Shown here in pieces: positions 12,047 to 20,476 of a stretch of DNA of 32,000 nucleotides. Where the stretch lies: positions 390,001-422,000 of the forward strand of contig NC_009483.1 in NCBI RefSeq assembly GCF_000016745.1, read 5' to 3'. Below the pieces are notes generated by a model that ran no database searches, was not told the DNA's origin, and worked only from the letters and a program-made list of their open reading frames with translations. The translations under genes and the position numbers were made by a program. How positions within the stretch are numbered: position 1 is the first letter of the stretch; each line of letters begins with the position of its first letter. This DNA is from Geotalea uraniireducens Rf4 (lineage in GTDB: Bacteria > Desulfobacterota > Desulfuromonadia > Geobacterales > Geobacteraceae).

Positions 12047-12637
12047 TCAAGTTGTAAGCGCCTGATGCCCGGTGTTGTAAACGAGGCCCCCTGCTGCTGC
12101 ATATTCTTGAAGCACCGCTACTGCCTCATTGCGGAGTACGTCGCGCAGGACGGTGATGCCGCGGGCATTGAGGGCCGCCACCCAGTCTGCAAGTTTCGGC
12201 CCCTCGTCGAAACCGATGGCACGGGCGTCTGCGTCTCGTGCTCCACAAACCAGTCGGCGCACCCCGGACCAGGGAATGGCGCCAAAGCACATGGCGCACG
12301 GTTCAGTAGTGGCGAAGAGGTCGTATCGGAGCCTTCCCCCGTTGCCGATATCATAGCGTCCCAGTGCCTTTTGAGCACATGCCAGCGCCACTGTCTCCGC
12401 ATGGAGGAGAGAGCAGTTCGAGATGACAACCATGTTGATCCCCGGAGCTATCAGCTGCCCATCACTGTCGAAGACTGCGGCCCCGAATGGTCCCCCGGTT
12501 CCGTGCCGCACGTTCTGGCGGGAAAGCTCAATCACAAAACGCATTCGGTCGTCTGTTCCTGGGAATATCCGGGGTGATTGTTCCAGAAATCGCTCTACCC
12601 AATCGGGCAGCTGAATGCTTACTACGGGCATGGTCAT
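12047..12637 (-). CDS. CDA-fold zinc deaminase (guanine/nucleoside deaminase-like)
   Basis: 196 aa. Motifs seen: GGPFGAAV, HAE (LLHAETVAL) and PCxxC (EPCAMC). It resembles Bacillus GuaD-type guanine deaminase. Confidence 0.8.
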   Translation of the reverse strand: MTMPVVSIQLPDWVERFLEQSPRIFPGTDDRMRFVIELSRQNVRHGTGGPFGAAVFDSDGQLIAPGINMVVISNCSLLHAETVALACAQKALGRYDIGNGGRLRYDLFATTEPCAMCFGAIPWSGVRRLVCGARDADARAIGFDEGPKLADWVAALNARGITVLRDVLRNEAVAVLQEYAAAGGLVYNTGHQALTT

Positions 12638-12802
12638 CGCCGATCTCCTGCAATACCGGGAATTAAGCTGGGTGATTCAGCACCGTCTGTATGACGACGG
12701 ATAAAAGGCATGGTTGATACAGACTGTCACTGTACAATAATACAACTTCTTTTTGGGGAGGGTAGCGAGAAGCGATGCGAGGGATAAAAAGGGGTAACGG
12801 TA

Positions 12803-12838
12803 AAATAAAAAAAGGCTTCACGGAAAACCCGCGAAGCC
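12803..12838 (-). terminator. Rho-independent terminator downstream of tRNA-Phe
   Basis: The minus-strand RNA reads AAGGCUUCGCGGG-UUUU-CCGUGAAGCCUU, followed by UUUUUAUUUU. Confidence 0.8.
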
Positions 12839-12848
12839 TTGATTTTTA

Positions 12849-12924
12849 TGGTGCCCAGAGACGGAATCGAACCGCCGACACGAGGATTTTCAATCCTCTG
12901 CTCTACCGACTGAGCTATCTGGGC
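12849..12924 (-). tRNA. tRNA-Phe (anticodon GAA), CCA encoded
   Basis: The reverse complement is GCCCAGATAGCTCAGTCGGTAGAGCAGAGGATTGAAAATCCTCGTGTCGGCGGTTCGATTCCGTCTCTGGGCACCA. It has a cloverleaf with a GAA anticodon loop and is near-identical in architecture to E. coli tRNA-Phe. Confidence 0.95.
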
Positions 12925-12938
12925 GAAAAGGAATAAAC

Positions 12939-12967
12939 TGTATAGCGTTATTTATGTTCTATGTCAA
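12939..12967 (-). promoter_or_regulatory. Sigma70-type promoter for tRNA-Phe
   Basis: The minus strand reads TTGACA-N17-TATACA, ending about 14 nt upstream of the mature tRNA 5' end. Confidence 0.6.
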
Positions 12968-13050
12968 CAGATTTTTCGGCTATTCAGCAAAATTTCCGAC
13001 TTTACGGCTCGTCGTTTTCTCGTTGGGAAAGGAGCGGCTTGGGCATCATG

Positions 13051-13614
13051 TTATGCCCTGGAGATGAATTTGCCGTCCCTGGTGTCGACCTTGATTTTTT
13101 CCCCGCTGTTGAGGTAGGGGGGGACCTGGAGCTTGTGACCGGTTTCCAGGATCGCCTCCTTAGTCTGGGCGGTGGCCGTGGCGTTTTTCAGGACCGGTGC
13201 GGTGTCGGTAACGGTCAGTTCCACGGTCATCGGAAGATCGACATTGACCATCCTTCCCTGAAACAGCCCCAGTTGAACTTCAGTTCCTTCCAGGAGAAAG
13301 GGGGCAATCGGCTCGAACCCGTCCGACTCCAGTTCGAACTGCTCGTAGGTTTCCAGGTCCATGAAAACCCCCTTGTCGCCGTCGGTGTAAAGGAACTGCC
13401 CCTTATGTCGTTCGAAGTCGGCCTCGTCTACCTTGTCGCCGGAGCGGAAGGTCTTTTCCAGCACCTGGGCTGTGATAAGGTTGCGATACTTGGTTTTGAC
13501 CATGGTGTTGGAGCCGCGGGCCGTAGGGGACTGGAAGGTTACGTCGACTAGTATGCATGGCGCCCCGTCGAGCTGGATGACAAGGCCCCGCTTGAAGTCT
13601 GATGTTGTGTACAT
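13051..13614 (-). CDS. efp: Elongation factor P family protein with a YeiP/EfpL-type loop
   Basis: 187 aa with the EF-P three-domain pattern. The beta3-beta4 loop reads FQSPTARGSNTMVKTKY. This matches E. coli YeiP/EfpL (IQSPTARGAATLYKMRF) rather than canonical EF-P (KPGKGQA). Confidence 0.85.
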   Translation of the reverse strand: MYTTSDFKRGLVIQLDGAPCILVDVTFQSPTARGSNTMVKTKYRNLITAQVLEKTFRSGDKVDEADFERHKGQFLYTDGDKGVFMDLETYEQFELESDGFEPIAPFLLEGTEVQLGLFQGRMVNVDLPMTVELTVTDTAPVLKNATATAQTKEAILETGHKLQVPPYLNSGEKIKVDTRDGKFISRA

Positions 13615-13765
13615 TGTGTATTCTCCTTGGCAAATATTCTCCTATGTTTAGCAGAAAAACGTGATAAATTCAACCGGCGGCTTGAGAGCAAATTCGACTT
13701 GCGGCATTTGGGCCTGAGTAAGGCATGCTCGCAACGGGTCGAGAGAAAACTACGGAGGAGAACAA

Positions 13766-13963
13766 ATGAAGATAGATACGGAATACATCAAGCTTGACAG
13801 TTTTTTGAAGGCGGTAAATGCCGTTTGCTCAGGCGGTGAGGCGAAGATGATTATCGGTGAAGGTTTGGTGGCGGTGAACGGCGAGGTGGAGCTGCGCCGC
13901 GGCAGGAAACTCAGACCCGGTGACCGAGTGACGCTCGGCGGGGAGAATTTTCCGGTTGAATAG
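13766..13963 (+). CDS. S4-domain RNA-binding protein (YbcJ-like)
   Basis: 65 aa. IKLDSFLKAVNAVCSGGEAKMIIGEGLVAVNGEVELRRGRKLRPGDRV is a typical small S4-fold protein. GGAGGAG SD. Confidence 0.8.
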   Translation: MKIDTEYIKLDSFLKAVNAVCSGGEAKMIIGEGLVAVNGEVELRRGRKLRPGDRVTLGGENFPVE

Positions 13964-13971
13964 GGACCGCT

Positions 13972-14337
13972 TTACCCCCCTGCCTTTTTCACCCGATAGC
14001 CGCGTTTCTCCAGTTCAATCACCAGCAGCTCGCGGTGGTCTCCCTGGATTTCTATGCTTCCCTCCTTCAATGTGCCGCCGGTGCCGCAGCGGCGCTTCAA
14101 CTCGCCGGCCAGCGCTTTAAGAGCCTCGTCATTGAGCGGTACGCCGGTGATGACCGTCACCGTTTTGCCGCCCCGCCCCTTGCTTTCCCGCAGTACCCGA
14201 ACGATGCCGTCTCCTGCGGTCTGCGCCGGTTTCCGGCGGCAGATGCATCCTGCCGTGGACTTGCCGCAGTCAGGGCAGATCCGTCCCAGTTCCGAAGAGT
14301 AGACGAGGCGTGAATTTTGGGATTGATCTCGTTTCAT
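13972..14337 (-). CDS. yciH: SUI1/eIF1-family translation initiation factor (YciH-like)
   Basis: 121 aa. N-terminal Cys cluster (CPDCGKSTAGCIC) followed by the SUI1 core: VRVLRESKGRGGKTVTVITG...LKRRCGTGGTLKEGSIEIQGDHRE. Confidence 0.85.
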   Translation of the reverse strand: MKRDQSQNSRLVYSSELGRICPDCGKSTAGCICRRKPAQTAGDGIVRVLRESKGRGGKTVTVITGVPLNDEALKALAGELKRRCGTGGTLKEGSIEIQGDHRELLVIELEKRGYRVKKAGG

Positions 14338-14429
14338 GGATATCTTTTTAGCAGAAAACGCCGGTCATTGCCACGACAAATGCTTCGATACCAGACAGAT
14401 TATTGTTTTAGTTTGTAGCCGCTTTTGTA

Positions 14430-14457
14430 TTGACACTGTACCTTGTAAAAGTATATT
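14430..14457 (+). promoter_or_regulatory. Sigma70-type promoter for the histidine kinase gene
   Basis: TTGACA-N16-TATATT on the + strand, about 55 nt upstream of the first ATG candidates. Confidence 0.55.
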
Positions 14458-14486
14458 TTAATGTGCGTTGACTTAATGCGGCCGGT

Positions 14487-16706
14487 TTGCTCGGGAGGAT
14501 GGATGGGGTCTTCATGAACGAACTTATTGAAATACTCGTGCAATTCGGCGGCGACAAGGGGGGAGGGCCGGGCAATGTGGCCGTCCGCTTCCTGTTGCCG
14601 ACATTTTTCTGGTGCGCCCTTACGGGGGTGGCGTTCAGACAATGGCGCAGGACCAGCGAAAATAAAGACCTCTATGTGGGGATCGCCGCGAGCATGGGGA
14701 TGGCGCGGGAACTTCTGATGTTCACCGCCGAGTACGGCGCCTGGCGCAATATGGTGCCGTTCGAATTCATGTACAATTACTACCCGCCGTTGGAACACGC
14801 CGCGACCATGCTGTCATGCATCTTCATCGGTTACGCCTTTCTCAACTACCAGCTCAAATGCCGGAGGTTCTCGCGCCTCTTCGTCGTCGGCGCCACGACC
14901 ATCACCCTCATGCTCTACGTGGTAACGGCCGTTGCATGGCATGACTTTCAGGCCCGTAATGCCGGCGCCCCATTCGGCACATTCTGGGGCGATATGGTTT
15001 TCAGGACCACTGCCTCCGTCTTCATGGGACTGGTGCTCGGTACCTTCATCCATGCCGCCGCCCGGGGCAAGAAGGTTTCCACGGCACTGATGTGCGGTTT
15101 CACATTCCTGTTCCTCGACGAATTCCTGATGATCATCAACCTCCTCAGTAATGAGCGCCACATCGACATCTACGCTCCCATCAGGCATAACCTGCACATC
15201 TGGGCCATCCCGCAGTTTCTGTGGACCTACTGGGCCGATCTCAGCAAGCGGATGTGCGAAGCCGAACAGGTGATCAAAAGCGTTTTCAATCTCAGCCCCG
15301 GCATGCTCTGTCTCATCGATTTCGAGGGTGCGTTCCGGGTCGTGAGCCCGGCATCGAGCCAGGTGCTCGGCATCCCTCCCGAAGAGCTCACCGGACGCCG
15401 GTTGACGGAGTTCGGATTTGAAGTGCGACGGGACGGCAACCTGTCGTTCGTGTCCGAAGACGGCATTATGGAACCGCTCCAGTTCGAGAAGAAATATCTT
15501 CCGGCGAACGGTCCCGGCCGCTGGCTGCATTGGAACCTCCAGCCGGTTGCAAAGGAGAATATCTTCTATGCGGTGGTTTCCGACGTCACCGAGCAAAAGG
15601 CGCTCGCCGAGGAGCTTTTGGAGGAGAGGAACAAGCTGGATGCGATTATTTCCTGCCTGGGGGACGGCCTGAGCATCCAGGATACCGACTACCGGATCGT
15701 CTACCAGAACCAGATCCATAAAAATATGCTCGGTGACCACGTCGGCGAATATTGTTACCGGGGCTACGGGAGTGATGCCCGGGTCTGCCCGGATTGCCCG
15801 GTTGCCGATGCGTTCCTGGACTTGCAGGTGCACCACGCGGTACGGACGGTCAAGCAGGGCGATGATGCGAAATACGTTGAAATCGCCGCCTCGCCGCTTA
15901 AAGACGGGAGCGGGGCCGTCATTGGGGCGATCGAGCTGGTGCGGGACATTACCGCGCGCAAGGAAGCGGAAGAAGAAATCCGCAGGCTGAACAGCGACCT
16001 GGAACGGCGGGTGACGGAGCGAACCGCGCGGCTCACCGAGGCTTGCAGGGAGCTGGAATCATTCAGCTTCTCCGTTTCCCATGACCTGCGCTCCCCGCTG
16101 CGGAGTATTTGCGGCTACAGCGAGCAGTTGCTGGAAGACTACGGCGAGAACCTTGACGACCAAGGGCGGCTTTACGTGGAAAATATCCTCAATGGGGGGC
16201 GGCGCATGGCGCAGATCATCGAGGCCATGCTCGACTTTTCCACCATAAGCCGCAACGAGCTGCACAGGGAAAACGTCGACTTGAGCGAGCTTGCCGTCGT
16301 GGTGATGGCCGAACTCCGGCTCAGCGACCCCGAACGCATGGTCTCTTTCACCATCTCGAAGGGGCTGGTGGTCAACGGCGATGCAAGGTTATTAAGGTCG
16401 GTGATGGAGAACCTGTTCGGCAACGCCTGGAAGTACAGCGGAAACGTGCCGCACTCCTGCATCGAATTCGGCAAAATGGAGGAAGGGGGCGCATCCGTCT
16501 TTTTTGTCCGCGACAACGGAGCCGGCTTCGACATGGCGCACTCCGGCAAGCTTTTTGCCCCGTTCCAGCGACTGCACCTTGAACGGGAATTCCCGGGAAA
16601 TGGCATCGGGCTCGCCACCGTGCAGCGGATCATTCAGAGGCATGGCGGGCGAATCTGGGCGGAAAGCGCGCCGGCCAGGGGAGCGACGTTTTACTTCACC
16701 CTATGA
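14487..16706 (+). CDS. Membrane-bound sensor histidine kinase (polytopic N-terminal domain, two PAS-like domains, HisKA, HATPase_c)
   Basis: H-box FSFSVSHDLRSPLRSI, N-box NAWKY, and G-boxes DNGAGF and GNGIGLATV. About 6 TM helices lie in the first 250 aa. The ORF-track start is TTG 14487; ATG 14514 (MNELIEIL) or ATG 14499 is more likely. Confidence 0.88.
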   Translation: MLGRMDGVFMNELIEILVQFGGDKGGGPGNVAVRFLLPTFFWCALTGVAFRQWRRTSENKDLYVGIAASMGMARELLMFTAEYGAWRNMVPFEFMYNYYPPLEHAATMLSCIFIGYAFLNYQLKCRRFSRLFVVGATTITLMLYVVTAVAWHDFQARNAGAPFGTFWGDMVFRTTASVFMGLVLGTFIHAAARGKKVSTALMCGFTFLFLDEFLMIINLLSNERHIDIYAPIRHNLHIWAIPQFLWTYWADLSKRMCEAEQVIKSVFNLSPGMLCLIDFEGAFRVVSPASSQVLGIPPEELTGRRLTEFGFEVRRDGNLSFVSEDGIMEPLQFEKKYLPANGPGRWLHWNLQPVAKENIFYAVVSDVTEQKALAEELLEERNKLDAIISCLGDGLSIQDTDYRIVYQNQIHKNMLGDHVGEYCYRGYGSDARVCPDCPVADAFLDLQVHHAVRTVKQGDDAKYVEIAASPLKDGSGAVIGAIELVRDITARKEAEEEIRRLNSDLERRVTERTARLTEACRELESFSFSVSHDLRSPLRSICGYSEQLLEDYGENLDDQGRLYVENILNGGRRMAQIIEAMLDFSTISRNELHRENVDLSELAVVVMAELRLSDPERMVSFTISKGLVVNGDARLLRSVMENLFGNAWKYSGNVPHSCIEFGKMEEGGASVFFVRDNGAGFDMAHSGKLFAPFQRLHLEREFPGNGIGLATVQRIIQRHGGRIWAESAPARGATFYFTL

Positions 16707-16802
16707 GCCCGTCGGTCCCCTCCCTCTCCCGCCTTTCAAGGCCCATTCCCGCCCCTATCTCGTTAACCAGCCACGAGCAAACGTCAGTCGTAATTTCCAT
16801 GG

Positions 16803-17888
16803 TTAAAAAAGCCGCGGCACCTCACTTGCCAGAAGCGGCCGTGGCGTCAGGTGATCCGGGATTTGCAGCAGGGTTACCCCCGGTGGCGCTTCGAGTTGCT
16901 CATAGAGCAGATGGCTGCGCTCCTGGTAGGATTTGGACAGGTGCATGGGGAGGACGAAACTGGGGCGGAGCCTGTCCATGAGGAGATTGAGGTCGCTTGT
17001 GCAGAGGTGATGGGAAACACGGGCCTTGTCACGCTCTTCGGCGAGAAAGGAGCATTCGCAGACGAGGAGCGTCACCCCCTCCATCAGGGGGACGATCCTC
17101 TCCAGGTTCTCCGCGCTGAAGCCGATGTCGGTCATGTAGCCGACGCTGCCCGGCTTCTGCTCCTTGCGAATTGCCTCGTAGAGAGCTCCCGCATCTTCAA
17201 CGGTGCGGTTTTCGATGATCTCACCCCGGCGCCCGAGGACCGTCAGCGGTTCTGTACCGAATTCGCCGTTATGAAAACGTTTCTTCAAAAGCCTCAGCCA
17301 GTCTCCCCTTACCAGCCCCGCCTCTTCGATCTTCCCCTCATTCACGGCAAAGGATTTCCGTTCCGTGACCCGGAAGGCGAGCGATGGGATTTTATGGTCG
17401 CACAGCGCGGCATCGACCTTGAGCCAGGCGTTGCGGTAAATGGTCGCATCGATGCGCAGCTCTTCTCCTGCCGCGCGGCGGGTAAATCCTTCTGCGCCGG
17501 TGAAAAGCGACGTTGCGATGCGGCCGGGTGCGACCTCGTGAACCCGGAAGGTGCACCAGCAGGGCTCGGCCAGGTTCCAGTCGTAGCTTGCCAGCTTGCT
17601 CGCCATCTTGTCGCCGATACCAGGCGGGCCGAAGATGTCCACCGTTTTAGGCGACACGTGGTTGTGGCGGATAAAGGTGTCGACCCCCATGAAATGGTCC
17701 ATGTGGGCGTGGCTTATGAACAGGGCGTTTATGGATTTCAAGACCCGTTTGGCCAGGTGATGAAGCTGGCCGCAGTCGAAGAGGAGGCTTTTCCCCAGCG
17801 GGCGGGCATGGAGGAGCAACAGCGGGTCATCCAACAGACCGGCGAAGAAGGTCGGCTCGATAAAACGGAACGGCAGTCGCTGTTTCAT
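16803..17888 (-). CDS. MBL-fold metallo-hydrolase (RNase Z/phosphodiesterase-like)
   Basis: 361 aa. HxHxDH motif (ISHAHMDHFMG), with later H and D ligands (CDHK, HHLC). Confidence 0.75.
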   Translation of the reverse strand: MKQRLPFRFIEPTFFAGLLDDPLLLLHARPLGKSLLFDCGQLHHLAKRVLKSINALFISHAHMDHFMGVDTFIRHNHVSPKTVDIFGPPGIGDKMASKLASYDWNLAEPCWCTFRVHEVAPGRIATSLFTGAEGFTRRAAGEELRIDATIYRNAWLKVDAALCDHKIPSLAFRVTERKSFAVNEGKIEEAGLVRGDWLRLLKKRFHNGEFGTEPLTVLGRRGEIIENRTVEDAGALYEAIRKEQKPGSVGYMTDIGFSAENLERIVPLMEGVTLLVCECSFLAEERDKARVSHHLCTSDLNLLMDRLRPSFVLPMHLSKSYQERSHLLYEQLEAPPGVTLLQIPDHLTPRPLLASEVPRLF

Positions 17889-17979
17889 GGTCTAATAGTA
17901 TCATACCTTGACCTGCGTCAATTGCATTACATGGAGAAAAAGGTAATGTTGTATTTAACCTAAAAGCGACAGTTATTTA

Positions 17980-18105
17980 CCGCAAAGGCGCGAAGGGCGC
18001 AAAGAAATTCAAATACTTGTGAGGATAAAGAACCGAACCAATGAGGTGAAAGACTATAGTTAAATAAATGCCTGATTTTCCTTTGCGTTCTTAGCGTCTT
18101 TGCGG
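17980..18105. repeat. MITE/REP-like element: 28-bp imperfect inverted repeats made of GCGCAAAG-type octamers, flanking a 69-bp AT-rich core
   Basis: The left arm is ccgcaaaggcgcgaagggcgcaaagaaa (17980-18007). The right arm is tttcctttgcgttcttagcgtctttgcgg (18077-18105). 23 of 28 positions are complementary. Confidence 0.7.
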
Positions 18106-18182
18106 TTCAAATGCTTTTTCTAGGTTTAAGGAAGCGGTTAAAACTACGACGGACGGGACACGACCCGGCAAGGAGGGGGAAT

Positions 18183-18515
18183 ATGGGCGAAAAAAAAGGA
18201 ACGGTTATCGGAGAGGCGCTGACATTGGCCGCGTTGGTTTCCTACCAGGACGGAACGGTGGCCAGCAGGACCCTTATTGACAAGCAGGTCGGCACCGTCA
18301 CGGTTTTTGCTTTCGACGAAGGGCAGGGGCTGAGCGAGCACACCGTTCCCTATGATGCCTTCGTCCAGATTCTCGATGGCGAGGCGGAGATCACCATCGC
18401 CGGAGAGCCGCACCATCTGTCTGCCGGGCAGATGATCATCATGCCGGCCAACAAGCCCCATCTCCTGAGAGCGGTGAAGCAGTTTAAAATGCTTTTGGTC
18501 ATGATCCGTTCCTGA
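18183..18515 (+). CDS. Cupin domain protein
   Basis: 110 aa from ATG 18183, preceded by AGGAGGGGG. Cupin motifs: GLSEHTVPYDAFVQILDGEAEITI...GQMIIMPANKPH. The ORF-track start at 18111 lies inside the repeat element. Confidence 0.8.
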   Translation: MGEKKGTVIGEALTLAALVSYQDGTVASRTLIDKQVGTVTVFAFDEGQGLSEHTVPYDAFVQILDGEAEITIAGEPHHLSAGQMIIMPANKPHLLRAVKQFKMLLVMIRS

Positions 18516-18536
18516 CGTTACTTTGGTATTCATGAA

Positions 18537-18566
18537 ACAAAAAAGGCCTGCGTTTGCAGGCCTTTT
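18537..18566. terminator. Bidirectional rho-independent terminator between the cupin gene and hemB
   Basis: AAAAAA-GGCCTGC-gttt-GCAGGCC-TTTT. The hairpin is flanked by an A-tract and a T-tract, so it reads as a terminator on both strands. Confidence 0.8.
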
Positions 18567-18586
18567 GCGTCAATCTGAAGGTTTCT

Positions 18587-19600
18587 TTACGGACAGCCGC
18601 AGCGGCCTGCTCTGCCTGCCTCGTACCCCTTGTGGAGGAGCCTCGCCACTTCCATGGCGTGGTAGGTGAGGATCAGGTCTGCGCCGGCGCGCTTGAAGGA
18701 CATCATGGTCTCCATGATCACCCGCTCTTCGTCGATCCACCCCATCTTGCCTGCTGCCTTGATCATGCTGTATTCGCCGGAAACGTTGTAGACCGCCACG
18801 GGGAGGTTGAATTCGTTGCGCATCTCGCGGACGATGTCCAGGTAGGGGAGGCCGGGCTTGACCATGATGATGTCCGCCCCTTCCTCGACGTCCATCTGTG
18901 CCTCGCGCACGGCTTCCAGGCGGTTGGCCGGGTCCATCTGATAGGAACGTCGATCGCCGAACTGGGGGGTGGACTCGGCCGCCTCGCGGAATGGGCCGTA
19001 GTAGCCCGAGGCGTACTTGACCGCATAGCTCATTACCGGGATATGGTCGAAACCGTTGCCGTCGAGGCTTTCGCGGATCGCCGCCACCCGGCCGTCCATC
19101 ATGTCCGAAGGGGCGACCATGTCGGCGCCGGCCCGGGCATGGGAAAGGGCCTCCTTGGCCAGGAGTTCCAGGGTCTCGTCGTTGTCTACGTCGCCGTTTC
19201 TGATGATGCCGCAGTGGCCGTGGTCCGTGTACTCGCACATGCAGACATCGGTGATCACCACCAGCTTTGGCACATCTTTTTTCAGCGCCCGGATCGTCTC
19301 CTGGATGATGCCGTGTTCGGCGTAGGCGTCGCTCCCCACCGCGTCCTTTTTTTCCGGGATGCCGAAGAGGATCACCGCCGGTACGCCCAGTTCGTAGGCT
19401 TCCTGGGCCTCGGCAACGATGTTCTCGATGGACTGCTGGTAGATTCCGGGCATGGAGGAAATTTCCTTCCTGATCCCCTTGCCGAAGGCGGAAAACATCG
19501 GGTAGATCAGGTCGTTGGTGGAGAGGGAGGTCTCGCGGACCATGTTGCGGAACACTTCCTTGCCTCTGATGCGGCGGGCTCTGAATTGGGGAAAGAACAT
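18587..19600 (-). CDS. hemB: Porphobilinogen synthase (delta-aminolevulinate dehydratase), Zn-type
   Basis: 337 aa. Zn Cys cluster [14 protein letters not shown]. Active-site Lys contexts are MVKPG and SGEYSMIK. Confidence 0.93.
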   Translation of the reverse strand: MFFPQFRARRIRGKEVFRNMVRETSLSTNDLIYPMFSAFGKGIRKEISSMPGIYQQSIENIVAEAQEAYELGVPAVILFGIPEKKDAVGSDAYAEHGIIQETIRALKKDVPKLVVITDVCMCEYTDHGHCGIIRNGDVDNDETLELLAKEALSHARAGADMVAPSDMMDGRVAAIRESLDGNGFDHIPVMSYAVKYASGYYGPFREAAESTPQFGDRRSYQMDPANRLEAVREAQMDVEEGADIIMVKPGLPYLDIVREMRNEFNLPVAVYNVSGEYSMIKAAGKMGWIDEERVIMETMMSFKRAGADLILTYHAMEVARLLHKGYEAGRAGRCGCP

Positions 19601-19734
19601 GGGATTTCTCCTTTATGTTGAAATTGTCGATTTTATTCGCTCAGGCTAAATATCATACAACAAGTAACGCCAACTGCCCAAACCATTTTGCGCCGTTGCC
19701 CGATTTTTTGTAGATAGTCCCTCACCGTCCCCCG

Positions 19735-20253
19735 TCACCTGCCGACAAAGCTGTTTTCCAACAGCCCCGACAGAAGCCCCTGCAATTCCTCCCCCGCCAC
19801 GGTCTCCTTTTTCATGAGTATCCCGGCCAGTTCTTCCACCGTCCGCCAGGTGGCGGGAGCGTTGAAGATCTCGTGAAGCTTCCGCATGACGTTCAGCCCC
19901 ACGAGGCGCGTCTGCCGCCCGTCCGGATAGAGCCGGCGGCAGGCGTTTTCCCACTCGTCGATGTCGCTCGCGGCGCCCCAGCGCTTGTCCTCATCCGCAG
20001 GCGCATTGTCCTCGAAATAGCGGTTCTCGGCGGCAATGCCGGCCAGTGTTGCCAGACCGAGCTCATAGAGGTTCAGGTCCGCGTTGCCGCCGAGGAGGGA
20101 GTGCCCCTGCTTCCGGAGGAGAGTCCCCACGCATGAAGTCCCATCAGCGATGGAGACCTCGGCAACGGCAAACCGCCCCCGGCCGAGCAGGGTCTGCATC
20201 ACTGCGTGTCCCGCCTCATGGTAGGCGAGGCGTTGCCGGTTCGGCATCATCAT
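19735..20253 (-). CDS. Stand-alone FtsH-like (M41) zinc-metallopeptidase domain protein, with no AAA+ module and no TM segment
   Basis: 172 aa. LAYHEAGHAVM (HEXXH in the FtsH-type context), then LAGIAAENRYF and GAASDIDEW, parallel to FtsH GGRAAEE and GASNDL. GGGAGA SD. Confidence 0.65.
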   Translation of the reverse strand: MMMPNRQRLAYHEAGHAVMQTLLGRGRFAVAEVSIADGTSCVGTLLRKQGHSLLGGNADLNLYELGLATLAGIAAENRYFEDNAPADEDKRWGAASDIDEWENACRRLYPDGRQTRLVGLNVMRKLHEIFNAPATWRTVEELAGILMKKETVAGEELQGLLSGLLENSFVGR

Positions 20254-20333
20254 GACCTGTCTCCCTTTTGCGGCTATTTTTCGGTTGTTGAGAGAAAGTG
20301 GTTAGAGCGGACGGCTGATGCCCGTTGCCCGCA

Positions 20334-20361
20334 ATTATACAGGATTGATCCGGTAAATCAA
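20334..20361 (-). promoter_or_regulatory. Sigma70 promoter for the M41-like gene
   Basis: The minus strand reads TTGATT-N16-TATAAT, about 80 nt upstream of ATG 20253. Confidence 0.55.
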
Positions 20362-20476
20362 CGGACCGGTGGAAGTATGGGGGGTGAGGACAATCTTCCT
20401 GAATACGAAGCTGGAATGAGAGAAAAGCGGGGCAATAGTTGTCATGTATACAACGCGATACCGGGGAGGTTCGTTA

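Noticed and set aside
11914-12102. 62-aa minus-strand ORF across the 15-bp inverted repeat.
   Set aside because: It is composed of repeat and loop sequence, overlaps the 3' end of the deaminase gene region, and has no SD or recognisable domain.
18587-18640. Cys-rich C-terminal tail of HemB (GRAGRCGCP) as a possible extra metal site or read-through artefact.
   Set aside because: The tail is short, lies immediately before the bidirectional terminator, and I have no evidence it is unusual among relatives. There is not enough to call.
20438-20454. Quasi-palindromic 17-mer GTTGTCATGTATACAAC, recurring as GTTGTCATATATACAAC at 27276-27292 (16 of 17 identical). Both copies lie just downstream of minus-strand gene ends.
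   Set aside because: My rough estimate is that a few 16/17 matches are expected by chance among all position pairs and both strands in 32 kb. The stem is only 5 bp. Copy 2 lies in AT-rich remnant DNA. I kept it only as a note.
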